A stretch of 64,000 nt of DNA from Hemiscyllium ocellatum (Eukaryota). Below, piece by piece: positions 40,396 through 53,760 of this stretch. Within the stretch, counting starts at the first letter, position 1. Each line of letters begins with the position of its first letter. The notes beneath the pieces are model-generated. The model was not told where the DNA came from. It ran no database searches and saw only the letters and a program-made list of their open reading frames with translations. The position numbers were made by a program, and so were the translations under genes. Where the stretch lies: assembly GCF_020745735.1 (NCBI RefSeq), contig NC_083413.1, positions 66,216,001 to 66,280,000 on the forward strand. The letters run 5' to 3'.

Positions 40396-43300
40396 ATGTT
40401 CCAGTGCTGCTGCTGAGGGAGACCACACAAATTATAGATAGACATTAATAATCTTACAAAATGGACAAATGATGTAGTACATTTTTGTTCCAGCCAGTGT
40501 CATTACTGAACAAGTCATATCCCAGACAAAGGTCTAAACTCGATCCTCTTCCCTTTGTTCCTTTTATTTCTTATCTCTGAGGCTAAGCAGACTGACTTGT
40601 AACGAGACATTCTCCATAACAATGTCCTTTCTTCAGGGTACAAACTTATACACATTGCAACTATTTGTAACATGAGATTTGAATACATGGACTACCTGGA
40701 GATCACAAAGCAGGGATTCTTTGTTCCAGTAGTATCACTGGTCATTGCAAGCATGAAGAAAAAGTAAGGTTAAACATGGAATACATCATATTTACATAGA
40801 ATTATGCCTGTCATCAGTTATAGGGATAAAGCAGAAAGTGAAGTTGAGGGTCATCAAATTAGCTGTAATCTCATTGAATGGCAGAGCAGACATGATGGGT
40901 TGAATGGCCTTCCAGATGATTTACATCTGGTCATAGAAATCCTTTTGTCTGTCTGATTTTTCTACCCTAGAGGCCTCCTTCCACGAAAGACACCCTTTCC
41001 TCCAGAAAGATTCTGTCCAACTGTTCCAACTCACCTGCTCAGTGTCCTCCCTCACCAGTGCCACCTGCTGCTGGATGAGCTGTCCCACTCAACATTCTCT
41101 GTTGCCATTGCCCCCTGCTAATAGAGGTTCCATTAAACAGTTCCCTGTTTGCCTTTCTGGCAACTACATATGGCACACAATAACTATCTGCTGTTTGTGA
41201 TTCAGTTTGTGATTCAGTTATACCATGGCAGTGACAATTACACCAAGTGGGACCTCTGTTGTATGTGACACATGCAGCTCTAGCAAGACCTGATGTAAAC
41301 CAGTGGGAAATGGTTGGCATGAGTCTTCAAGAACAGTGATGGTGTGGGGGCAGGTAGAAGACCAGCCCCATTTCCCTGATGTCCAAGCAATTCTGGGTTA
41401 CTATACAGGCTGATACAGCATGACTGCATACAGCAAGGTCAAAACTTTGGAACCCCATCTGCTGACCTTATAATGTGTTACGCATAGCAGTCATCACGCA
41501 TGCCTTACAAGGATGCCTGGTTGTCTGTTTAAATGTTCAACTCAAAACCAGATCGTCACTTAATTGGGGGTATCAATCAAGTCCTGAACTACCAGGAAAC
41601 CCCTGACCATGAAAACGATTTTTGAGGATAGATAGGGAGAAAGACCAATGTCATGCTAAAGACTGTCTGACCTTTGTGAAGCAGAGATGCAGATGAGTGA
41701 AGAGACGTCAATCAGGTCACACTCCTCAACAAGATTTTGAGAACACTACTACCTTCAAGCTCCCTTCCAAGCCTCAACATCATGCAAACTTGGAAATATA
41801 CTGTAATTTCTTCAGTGTCACGGTCTCTTTCCCTAGCAGCATTGTGGGGGTTTACCTACACTAAATGGACTGCAGTAGTTCAAGAAGGCAGCTCACCACC
41901 ACCTTCTCAAGAGTACCAAAGGTTGAGCAATAAATGCTGGTCCAGCTAATGATGCTCACATCCCTCGTCAACCTTGCTGCCATGATTTGATGCCAGTGCT
42001 GTTGAGTCCTGCTGATTACGCCAGAAATGTAACTGAGAATTGAACACACGGATGACCCAAAGATTATGAAACAGCTTTTTTCTTCCACTGGCAACAGGTC
42101 ATTACAATCTTGAAAGCATCATTCATTCAATAATGAATGAGTAGTTCTTCAACTATGACCTTCAGAGCACACTATAATCTGAACCAAGGTTAGTCCATAT
42201 GGATTTCTTAGGTCACTAACAACCTTCTTTCACTTGTATACCTTCCTCCGCTAGTGTAAACAGACCAGTGTTGCAGTCAGATTTTAACTTTTTATTTGTA
42301 TATTCCTGGAAGGGCATAAAATAAAAATTATCTGCAAAAAGTTACTTTCTACTGAGAGAGGAAGATAGACAGCCCCTCCCTTCATTATTTCTTCCTATTA
42401 CCTCTTTCTCTGATTGAAGTTTCTCTGACACCTCACAGGTACAACATTCCATGAATCTCACACAGGACTTTGCCAGACCGCACTGAATTCACATCCACAG
42501 TCTCTTCTTTTCTATTACACTTTTCTTTTGAAAAACATATTTTTGAATTAAAAGGCGAAACATTTCTGCAGTATTTTGGTATTCCAAACCATTGTCATGA
42601 GATGTTGAGGGAGAATATTCAGGCTTCTGTACTGTAAGACCCAGTCATGTACAGCTGTACATAATTCTTTAAGAAATAGTAAATTGGTTGATGCTTTAAC
42701 ATATCAATAACCCAGTAATCTTTCTAAAGGTAAACGAACCAGCAAACTACATTTCCAAATTCACAATGCTGTGAGATACCCGTGCTCCTATAAATCTGGC
42801 TTATTGAGCATCGCCAATATTAACTGGTACATCATTAATGCCATACTTCAAACTGCCCAGGCCCTAAATGCTGGAATCCTCTCTATATATGTTCCACCTC
42901 TCTATCCCATTTCCTGTTTCAAGACAATCCGAATAAATTATCTGATGACCAAAAATTTGGTTACCTGACTTCATGTCTTTTTAGGTAACATGTTCTGATA
43001 TGTATAATGTTCCTCTGAAGTGTCTTGAGATATGCTCTATCTTTAATGGCAACATGCAAACATACATTGATGGTATCTGTGTAATTATTGTCTTGCATTT
43101 CTTATGCTTCATCCAACACAGTTCAGGTTCAGATTAGCAACAGGGAAATAGGAAATGTTGTCAAATGTTTTCTTTCGCACAAATAATGATGAACATATGA
43201 TTTAAATGTTTTCATATGATACTAGAGGCAAAAGCCTTGGAATCAATCAAAGTAGGTAGAGGGTTGATGGGGGATGGGCAGACTCTTTCTGGATGAAGGA

Positions 43301-43519
43301 ACAGGACTGACTAAATAGTTTTCTTAATTTTTATTTAATTTTTGGTTCATTCATTCATTCACAGCACTTCAAATAATTATAACAGATGTACAAATCAGGT
43401 TGAATTCCCTTCCTGCAGAACTAATCTCAAAAGTCTGATCTGAAGGGTAATTTTAAGCTAAGTTGACCAACTAGAAACTTGCATTGATCATATAGACTGG
43501 GAATTCAGCCATGTAATAG

Positions 43520-44360
43520 AAACATAGCGATGTACACATGGAAACAGTTGGTCCAATTTGTCCATGGTGAGCAGATATCCTAAATTAAGCTGCTCTCTTT
43601 TGCCAGAATTTGGCCTATATCCCTTTAAACTCTTCCAATTCATTTACCAATCAAGATGCCTTTTATATGTTGTAGTTGTATCAGCCTCCACCACTTTCTG
43701 TGGCAGTTCATTCCATGCACGTAGCACCCACTGCATGAAAAACTTGCCCCTTAGCTCCCTTTTAAATCTTTCCCTTCACACGTTAAACCTATGGCCTCTC
43801 ATTTTGGAATCCCCTACCATGGAAAAAGACCTTGTCTATTCATCCTATCTATGCTCCTCATGATTTTCTAAACATCTATAGGTCATTCCTCAGCCTTTTA
43901 TGCTATAAGAAAAATAGCCCTAGACTATTCAGCCTCTCCCTATAGTTCAGATCATCCAACCCTGGCAACACACTTGTAAATCTTTTCTGAACCCTTTCAA
44001 GTTACACAACATCATGTGGGCAGCACGGTTTCTCAGTGGTTAGTACTGCTGCCTCACAGTGCCAGATTCCTGCCTCGGGCGACTGTCTGTGTGGAGTTTG
44101 CTCATTCTCTTCGTGTCTGTGTGGGTTTCCTCCCGCAATCCAAAGCTGGGCAGGTCAGGTGAATTGGTCATGCTAAATTGCCCATAGTGTTAGATACATT
44201 AGTCAGGGGTAAATGTATGGAAATGGGTCTGGGTAGGTACTCTTCTGAGGGTCAGTGTAGACTTGTTGGGTCAAAAGGCCTGTTTCCACACTTTACGGAA
44301 TCTAATCAAATCTTTCCTATAGCAGGGAGACCAGAATCAAATGCAGTGTTCCAAATTCTG
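43520..44360 (-). mobile_element. CR1 3' fragment interrupted by a SINE
   Basis: Reverse-complement similar to 17690-18167 and colinear with 31860-32182. Confidence 0.8.
44017..44310 (+). mobile_element. HE1-type SINE
   Basis: gggcagcacgg..ctcagtggttag head, V-domain, (tctaa)-type tail. Confidence 0.85.
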
Positions 44361-47300
44361 CATGTTTATCTCTCCAGTACAATAAATGGCTGAAGAATTT
44401 GGTGAGTGAAATTGAATTACAAATTCAGGCCTGAGGAAACATGGATTTGGAATCCATTTGGGGAAACCACTACAAATGGTTGAAAAATTGGAGCCTTGGT
44501 GGAACAGCTGATTCATCTTAAACATTATATTTGTTGAATTGGGTGAAGTGTGAGAAACACAAGCCAATTCTTACCCAACCATCTGAACACATCAACATAC
44601 AGTACTTGTCATGTAACAAAACATCATAAGAGTCTTCACAGGAATGTTATCAGTCAAAATATAACGTGGAGTCACATAAGGAGAAATTAGGTCAGTTGAC
44701 CCATGTTTGGATAACAGGTTGCTGTGAAGGGAAACAATTCAAGCTCTTAGGATCTGGGCAGCTGAAGAACAGTCAGTACTTTAAGAGCAATTACTTTGGT
44801 GATGATCAACAAGGTAGAATTATAAAAATGTAGCTATCTCACAGAGTTACGCAGCTGGAGATAACAAAGATAGGAATGTGCAAGGCCATTGAGAGATTTG
44901 AAAACAAGAATGAGAATTTGAATATCTAGATGTTGCCAGACTAGAGGCCAATGCAGATCAGCAATTGCAAGAGTACTATGTGAATGGGACATAGCTGAGT
45001 TAGGGCATGGGTTGCAGACCTTTGTATGACCTCACATGTATTTTCACTGTTCAATTTTAATTAACTTTTAATTTGGAGCTTTGTAAAATATGTTTCATTT
45101 CTTAAGTTTGTCTGGATGAGTAGAAGAATGGGAAGGTTTTAGAGGGATATGGGCCAAAAGGTGAAAAATGGGACTAGATCAATTTAGAATATCTGGTCGC
45201 CATGGACGAGTTGGTTCAAAGGGTCTTTATCTGTGCTGTACATCTCCATTCATTTCCATAATAAAAGTAGCAACGAGCCAGTGTAGTGAGACTTGTTTAC
45301 ACTCAAGAAGGCCTTTAACTTCTAGATTGTTAACATGGGCTATTAAGCCAGAGACTATCGAACTTGTGTGGACACAATAGACAGGTTTAAGCACTTACAA
45401 TGCATGCACGTATATGCATACACATTTTGTACAATTTATTTTGACCACAGCATTAGAGTGGTTGCAGAGTTAGAGTGGTTGCAAAGTAGTTTGTACTTTG
45501 ATATGGCAATAGAATTTCAATATAAATCTAGTCCGAGGAATTCACACAGAAACCTATGTGTTATTATCAAGCATTCGATGCACTGAGTCACTCCCATATG
45601 ATCTTAATATTGAAGCTCTGCTACTCTGTCAGGTATCTCCACTCCTCAAAGGTTTGACCTTTGCGGTAGTCACCCACACATTGAAACTTGCATTGGTTTG
45701 ACGTTCCCCTCACTTCTGCAACTGAACTGTTCTGCTGTATGGGTTGAAGCATTAAGCCACTCTGAATGAGACAGCAACTGCCTCCAAACATTACACTGAG
45801 TAGATTATCCTTTGCTTGGTTCATAATTTTTGAATTAAAAATGTTCCTGGGGACATTATGATTCTGAATTTTGGCCCTGATTACTTGCACTAGCATGCAC
45901 TTCCATGTGTACATACCTAATTATTTTGTTTTTAGCAAAGTTAAGTAACAAATTTGTGTGTATGTTTCTGTGAATTGTCAAATTAAATGTTTAACTGCTT
46001 TTGTATGTTCAAGTGTTTAATATTCACAGTTGTTTTTCTATTTGGGTAGTTGGTGGTATCTAGTTTTCCATACTTACAAAAATTCAGCAATATTTTATTG
46101 GTAGGCAATGGGAAATGCTTAAATCTGTTTTTATTCATTCATGAGACGTGAGCATCGCTGACAGAACCAACTTTTAATATACTCACCTGTAATTGTATCT
46201 GAGCCATCTTGAGCCATTGCAGTCCACGTGTTCTACACAGTCCTTGTTCAGGAGGAGTTCTATATTTTGAGCACAATTACTGTGAAAGGATAGGTTCAAG
46301 TCAGGATGGTAAAAGCCTTGGAGGAGAATTTGCAGGTAATGGTGTTCCAGCTGCTTTATTCTTCTAAGTTGTAGAGATTGCGGATTTGGAAAAAGCAGGT
46401 TGGCAATTTTACTGCTCATGCTGTGAAGAGAACAGTTTATCCAGCCTATCCACATAACTGATACCCCTCATTGCTGGGACCATTCTCCTAGCTCTCCCCA
46501 AAGTTGAAAAAAATGCTCGAGCAGAGGCCAAGCTGATGATTTATGATTTAATGTAATTTGGTTTCAACTCTAGGTTCTCCTGACTTCCAGAATACAAAAG
46601 CAGTTAAATTATGTTAAATCATGATTCATCAATTTGGCCCCTGTTGGAGTACTCTTTCCAAAATTGAACTAAAGGAATTGCAGATGCTGGAAATCAGAAA
46701 CAAAAAATTGAAAGTGCTGGAAAACCTCAGCAGCATCCATGGAGAGAAAACAGAGTTAACTTTTAGGGTCTCTTCAGAACTGTTCCGAGTTCTGATCTGC
46801 TGAGGTTTTCCAACAATTTCTGGGTTTTTTTAAATTCTTTTCCAATATTGGATATAACCCATTTAGAAAGATATCAAAGTCTAAGAACATGGAAAGGATT
46901 TAGTGTGGATTTAGCAGAGATACTCAACATGATGACACATTTTGATAGAGTAAACAGGGAGAAATTGTTCCCAATAGCAAAAGGATCAGTACGCAGGGGC
47001 CTAGCTTTCAGATGATTGGCAAAGCCAGAAGCCCAGGCAGGCTGAAGTGACATTCCTTTTCACACAGCACATTGTTATGATATGTCATGATCTGCAAGCA
47101 AAAGTAGTGGACGCAGATTCAGAATAACATTCAAAAGCAAATCAGTGAAGGATACAATTAGGGAAATATCATAAGAATGTGAGGAAATATCAGGGAAATT
47201 GAACTAATTGGATAACCCTTCCAAAGAATTGGCACAGGTGTATGATGTCCTTTTGACGCTGTGCTTTTCTGGGATCAATGGGGAGTATATTGGGAAAATG

Positions 47301-47419
47301 GTTTTACATTGAGTTGGAGTCACTGTATTCTACGACTGACACCCCAAATATATGAATCATCAATTCTCATGTTTACAAGTAATGCAGAAAAAAGTTCACA
47401 TGCGTTAAATAAACATTGT

Positions 47420-47735
47420 GGCCAGCACGGCGGCTCAGTGGTTAGCACTGCTACCTCACAGCGCCAGGGACGTGGGTTCAATTCCACCCTCGGATGACTG
47501 TCTGTGTGGAGTTTGCACAGTCTCCCTGTGTCTATGTGGGTTTCCTCCAGGTGCTCTAGTTTCCCCCCACAATCCAAAGAGGTACAAACTAGATGGATTA
47601 GCCATGGGAAATGCAGGATTACAGGACCAGGGTAGGGGGTGGGTCTGTGGGATGCTCTTCAGAGGGGTGGTGTGGACACAGTGGGACAAATGGCCTGCTT
47701 CCCAAACTGTAGGGATTTTACAATTTGATGACTGT
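47420..47735 (+). mobile_element. HE1-type SINE
   Basis: gcacggcggctcagtggttagcactgct...gggttcaattcc tRNA head and V-domain. Confidence 0.88.
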
Positions 47736-47857
47736 ATCTTGAGCATGGTACTTGAAAGGTAGTGGTCCGATTGCCACAGAAATTAATGATCACCAGTTCT
47801 TACTTATCATTAGCTTTACAAAGAACAACAGACATTTTACATGTTGAGGCTAAATGA

Positions 47858-47994
47858 ACCTCATTCTCCACAATCATCTGACAAAGGAGCAGTGCTCCAA
47901 AAGCTACTGCTTCTAAATAAACCTGTTGGACTATAACCTGGTGTTGTGTGATTTTTAACTTTGTACACCCCAGTCCAACACCGGCGTCTCCAAA
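47858..47994 (+). mobile_element. 137-bp solo Penelope pLTR with degenerate hammerhead
   Basis: 14-bp TSD ttgaggctaaatga (47844-47857 / 47995-48008); ctgacaaaGGAGCagtGCTCCaaaagct. Confidence 0.8.
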
Positions 47995-49050
47995 TTGAGG
48001 CTAAATGAGAGATACTTGTTAATTTCCTAGCTACTGCAGGTAAATTGCTTATAGACCTCTGCCAATGTCCCTGTGTAAATAGAGATGAGGTTATGGGTTC
48101 AGCTGATCTGCACCTTGATCTCCCTTGACTTCTTAAATGTGTCAGGCCCAATAAGGGGGGGGGGGGGGGGGGGCGGGAGTGGGGGAATGGGGAAGGTGTT
48201 CTGATGGGCCCAACCCTTCCCAAATGGAAACTGAACCTCCTTACTGCATTTATTCTGCATGGCATGGACAGTTTGCCATCGCTAAGTAAGTGGTGCCATT
48301 TACTAATGATTATTCTAACTAAAAATATTCAAAGAATAATGATTACAAGATAATTATGAATTGCATTAAAGGCAACATGAATGAACAGCAGATGTGTATG
48401 TACTCTGTCACAATGAATAAATGCGACATGGTGAGATTACCTCCAGTTGCACACCATTTATACCTTCATGTACAATCTACACATCTGACGGCCTTTTATT
48501 GAAGCAACTAAAGCACGAAACCTTCCCACACCCACACACACACTCTCCGCATGTAGGATTGATAATGCTGATTTGTTCAATGTGTTTTGAAGCACCGAAT
48601 GGAAAATGTGTAGGACAGTATGGTATCAGTTGGTAGGAAGTGGCTGGAAACAGTCACGTCTCAGAAACAGATGCGCTTTTGTTTTCAACAAAACAGAATG
48701 AAAAGCTTGGTGCAAATTCTTTGTTATATCCAGTGCAGTGGGAATCGGCATTAGCATTCTGTGAACATTTAAGACAGAAAGATAATAAATAAATTGGTGA
48801 AAATTAGAATTTGAAATCCTCCCACAACAAGTGAAGCAAATTGAGATAGATAGCAGCAGCGTGGTTTGTGGGATGGCATTTTAATGTGAATATTTTCCCA
48901 CTGCATTTTCTTCACCTGGCAAAAAAAAAGATTGTATTGTATATTAGTTTTTGCTGGTTGATGCAATATTCATAGAAGGGCATAAACAGATAGCTACCAC
49001 AATTCTAAACCTTTTTTAAACAGGCTAACCTTTGAGGATGTTTTCACCAG

Positions 49051-50365
49051 TTCAGGTTGTAAGTTTGCTCACTGAGCTGGAAGGTTTGTTTTCAGATGTT
49101 TTATCACCATGCCAGGTAACATCATCAGTGAGCCTCCGGTGAAGTACTGGTGTTCTGTCTCGCTTTCCATTTGTGTGCCTTGGTCTCTTCAGGTGGGTGA
49201 TATCGTTTCCAGTTCTTTTTTTTCTCAGTGGTTGGTAAATGGGGTTCAGATCGATGTGTTTATTGATGGAGTTCTGGTTTGAATGCCAGGTCTCTAAGAA
49301 TTTCCATGCATGTTCCTGTTTAGCCTGTCCTATGTTGCATGTGTTGTCCCAGTCAGGTGTCCTTCTTCGTCTGTATGTAAGGATACAATGATAGTGGATC
49401 ATGTCTTTTGGTGGATGGTTGGTGCTCATGTATCATAGTGGCTAGTTTTCTGCCTGACTATCCGATGTAGTGTTTGTCACAGACCTTGCATGATATTTTG
49501 TAAATTACATTTGTTTTGCTGGTTGTTTGTATAGGCTCCTTTAGGTTCATCAGCCACTGTTTAAGTGTGTTGGTAGGTTTGTGGACTACCATGATGCTAA
49601 TGGGTCTGGCAGTCATTCCAGGGATGTCTTTGATGTACGGTAATGTGGCTAGAGTTTCTGAGTATGTTGTGTCTCCTTGTTTGGGTTTGATGTTTAGACT
49701 AGATTCCCTACAGGATGGAATCAGGCCATTTGCCCAACAAGTCCACACTGACCCTCCAAAGAGAAACCCACCCAGACCCATTCCTGTACTCTATACATAC
49801 CCCTGACTAACGCAGCTAACACTATGGGCAATTTAACATGACCAATTCACCTGACCTGCACATCTTTTGACTGTGGGAGGAAACCAGAGCACCCGGAGAA
49901 AACCCACGCAGACGTAGGGAGATAGTGCAAACTCCACATAGACAGTTGTCCAGGACAGGAATCAAACCCGGGTCCCTGGCGCTGTGAGGCAACAGTGCTA
50001 ACCACTGGAGCTACCGTGCTGTTTAGGAATTGGCAGACTGTGTTTATTGAGTACCCATTCTTCTTGAATACACTGAAAAGGAACTTTTCTTTACCTGCTC
50101 ATAGTTCCTGGGTGCTACAGAGTGTTGTGGCCCATTTAAATAGTGTCCTGATGCAGCTCTGTTTATGGGTGTTGGGATTATTGCTTCTGTGGTTAAGTAA
50201 GACCAAAACACATGGACAGAAAGCGGGATATAGCGCCAGCGCTTCACCAGAGACTCCCTGATGACGTTACGTAGTATGGTGATGAAACATCTGAAAACAA
50301 ACCTTCCAGCTCAGTGAGCAAACTTACAACCTGAACCTCAACCTAAGCTACAAATCTTCTTAAAA
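49051..50365 (-). mobile_element. Penelope/Poseidon-type element with inverted pLTRs
   Basis: ATLPYIK...NVIYKISCKVCDKHYIG GIY-YIG remnant; 49051-49150 inverted versus 50240-50335; 13-bp TSD atgttttcaccag (49038-49050 / 50366-50378). Confidence 0.9.
49698..50019 (-). mobile_element. HE1-type SINE nested in the Poseidon element
   Basis: tRNA head on minus strand; 7-bp TSD tgtttag (49691-49697 / 50020-50026). Confidence 0.9.
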
Positions 50366-50799
50366 ATGTTTTCACCAGCGAAGTGATTCCTGTATAAAAT
50401 CTGTACGTCTGGAATATGGTCAAGATTAGAACTAACCCCATTCTGAACACACTGTGGGTTGTTTTGGATATTGTCCGTTTCAGCTATTGCCCAGAAACAA
50501 ATCACTCTGATAACCACATCCTCTCTGAAAATCAGCTCTTCATCGCGAGAGATAAGTATCTACCAAATTACTAATAAGAACAATCTCAGCCTCACAAAGT
50601 CAGAAGCATCTGTGATCAAAAAAAGACAAAGGATTGCTGGATGCTAGAGATCTGAAAGAAAAACAAAACCAGAAACTGATGGAGAAACTCTACAGGTCTG
50701 GCAGCATCTGTGGAGAGAGAAACAGGGTTCAAGTTTCGAATGCAGTGAGGCCTCATTCTCTCCGGAGTTTCCTTCAGAAATATCTCCATATGCAGAGCC

Positions 50800-52100
50800 T
50801 TAAACACAGCTCGAACTACGCACTACACATGAGGAATTTGTCACGTACTTTTGGAACTGTCGCTGCACATCGCCCTGCCCACAGCTCGAAGTCACTTGGA
50901 CTGCGTTGTGTGTGTGAGCAGTCCACCACACGTCAATCAGCCTACCCTCAGCCTGATTCCAGTTTATGTCCCGTGTTCAGGGCAGCGCGAACAGATGGAG
51001 AGAAGCAGCAACTCAGAGAACAATGTGTGAGTCTGAGAGAGAGAGACCCAGGGACATGGTAAATAACCAAGGGTGACAGAGAGGAAGCAGAGCGGGTTCA
51101 CTGTAAACTCGTTTAGAAGAAACTACATTCTTTGATTTCAGAATGAGGTGGTGAAAGTATTTGACCCAGTATTTCCAACAAAGTAAAAAGGAATTGTCAA
51201 GTTAATAAAGTGCTGGAGTTGAATTAAAACACCGCGTTTTATTCAGTTTGAAATGAAGCGCAATCACAGATTTTCCGGAAATTAAAAAAAAAGCATTTTT
51301 ACTTGTTTGAAGTCAGGAAATTTGCCAACAGCGATTTAATTGTCCTGGAATAACAATATTTTACCGGTTTCTGTATTTTTTAAATGAAGAAAGGTCTCTG
51401 AAATATTAACTCTTTCTCTCTCACTCCACAGATGCGGTCAGACCTGCTGAGTTTCTCAAACAATTTCTGCATTCGCAGTTCTTTGGGGTTTTTTTTTCAT
51501 TATCTAGCTCGTCATTTCAATGATTGGTGAGATATTTTTCGCTCTCTCGTGTATTTCACAGGTGAATTACAGACTCATCTTTAATATTATTACAGCACTA
51601 TCAGATGAACAGTTTATTGAGCCAACAGTGTGTGGAGCGAACTGGGACAGTTTTGGAACCGAGCTGGAGTACTAAAGAATTGAACAGAAGCAAAAACCGA
51701 ACATGGATCTGAAACATTAATCTTCTCTCTTCGTCCACACAGGCTGCCTGAGCTGCCGAGTTTTGCCAGCATTTTCTGTCCGTGTTTGAGGAATTGAATT
51801 GTTCAGTACCGGCACCGGATTGCTGTAGCACAACACACTGCCTGGGTTTGCACCTGCTCTTTTCTCCGACGCTGCCTTCCCGAGTATTTTGAAAGAGGAA
51901 TGTTATCAAGTCTGTCTGGAGGTAAGTTGATCACTCACCACGGGGTTTAAGAGGTGAAGCGGCGGTCATTATTGGGATTGTAGATTGGAGATGAAGGGAA
52001 AGCACCGTGAACTGTGCCTACAAGTGGAAGTGGTATTTCGATATTGATGCGATATGCCAAGCTACGTGGCGGACCGTTCCCTACGTTAAAGGCACTATAT
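50800..52100 (+). promoter_or_regulatory. CpG-enriched region, probable promoter/non-coding first exon(s) of the Ig-superfamily gene
   Basis: Raised CpG density; candidate donors at 51027 (gtgagt), 51059 (gtaaat) and 51922 (GAG|gtaagt). Confidence 0.4.
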
Positions 52101-53162
52101 AAATGCAAGTTGCATATAGATTGGAACAGAAAGTCGAATCCTTTTGGGGTAATACATTATTTTTAAAATGCATAGACAGACCAAAATGTAAAAGTTGTCC
52201 TCTAGCTGTGAACCTGTTTCTCCACATCAATCCAGTGTTCTTACTGAGTATCGTGCATTTTGCAAAGGAGATTTGTGAGTGATTGATTGCATTTTTTTTC
52301 AAATATAACCTTTTAAATAAATAAGGCAAGTTCCTGGCTAGAAACATACCTAAAATGAAACTACACTTTTGGACATTACATTAGCGATACAGGCGGCGGG
52401 CAATACCATACCTTTCGGAACCATTAAAGCAGGGATTCATTGAGGAATCAGAGCGCCGGTTAATTTATTTCACACAACTCACTTGTTTCAAGTGCATCTT
52501 GTTCCATTTCCAGTTTTTAATCCCTGAGTGGAACAACTTGCTTTAAGAGGTCAGGCTCTCACTGGTCTATGGTTCTAACTTGGGAGCAAGATTGAAGATA
52601 CAGCCGGTTATCTGACAGAGTCTCTATCTCAAACTATTTTTTGTCATTGCTTTTCTTCATTGTTTTAAATATTTTTTTTGAATACCGATCATTCAAGATA
52701 TCCCTCTCCTGCTTTTTGTCTGTTCCAAACATTTCGGTTTTTTTTAAAGAAGGAACTCTTTAGCTTATTTTTGATTCCTTCCCAGCACCTTCACCAGGAC
52801 ACCTCCCACGTTTTTTCCCCCCAGTTGCCTGTTCCTCCTTGGATTGTTACAGTGTTAAAATACAAACCTGGCAGCAAACAACGTTTTCTCCTGAAGGGCA
52901 GAATTCCAATTCCCTTAGTCTCGATGGCCTCTCCGACAATAACCCAGACCCATCATTGGTGTTTCTACACATACAAAATACCTCAACCCTACTTCAATTA
53001 AATGAAAGTTAGATTCCATAAAATGACAATGCCATTACTCAAAAATACATTTTATTCTTTTACAGATAAAATTCTTTTAGAACCAGCTTTTGAAAATAAC
53101 AAACGAAAATTAAACAGTCCCCTTCATAGATAAAAGAAAACTTCTATCTCCTCAATGTGAAA

Positions 53163-53175
53163 ATGCTGGTTTCAG
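53163..53175 (+). CDS. CD2/SLAM-like receptor, start exon (MLVS; exon begins ~53066)
   Basis: Acceptor ttttacag at 53065, in-frame upstream TAG, ATGCTGGTTTCAG|gtaaaa phase 1; gives signal peptide MLVSVFHLFTLCVTEISA when joined to the next exon. Confidence 0.65.
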
Positions 53176-53266
53176 GTAAAACATTTTTGGAAGTATTAAG
53201 TTTATTGCTGCTCAGAAGGATAAATATTCATAAATTGACTGTGCATGTGTTTAATTTCCCTTCCAG

Positions 53267-53617
53267 TGTTCCACTTATTTACACTGTGTGTGACAGAGAT
53301 CTCAGCCATATCCATGACCATCATTAATGCAACTACGGGTGAACAGGTTTTATTTCCCGTGCCTATCCATTGTGGAGCTCAGTATGAAGTAACATTTCTA
53401 TCAAAATCACCAATTATTGCTAAACTTGCTTCATGGGGAATGGAGACATTTCACAAACATACATTCTATGAGACCAGATTGCAAAGACACACAAATGACT
53501 CTCTGGTACTGCAGAATGTGCAGATTAATGACACAAAACTGTATGGAATACAAATCGAATGCTATGATACAGTAGTGATGCCGATGACCGAAACAGTATT
53601 TGATTTGCGAGTGTTTG
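53267..53617 (+). CDS. CD2/SLAM-like receptor, signal peptide + IgV-like exon
   Basis: cccttccag acceptor, gtaagt donor, phase 1-1, 351 nt open; GEQVLFP, RL....DSLVLQNVQINDTKLY (SLxIxNLxxxDxGxY-type), F.LRVF. Confidence 0.88.
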
Positions 53618-53760
53618 GTAAGTTGCTTGAATATATAACTTCAAAATAAATGCTTTTAAACTTATTGCAAGCCTTTGACAATTACTGGAAAGTGTAATAG
53701 TATGTTCACTCAGTGAGAATGTTCTCAGATTCTAATGAGGACTCTAACTAAGATCAGGAA

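Noticed and set aside
48154-48173. Poly-G run as a functional G-quadruplex
   Set aside because: Isolated homopolymer with unreliable length and no supporting context.
50995-51058. ATG at 50995 as the receptor start codon
   Set aside because: Not signal-peptide-like; splicing to 53066 meets an immediate stop; at most a uORF.
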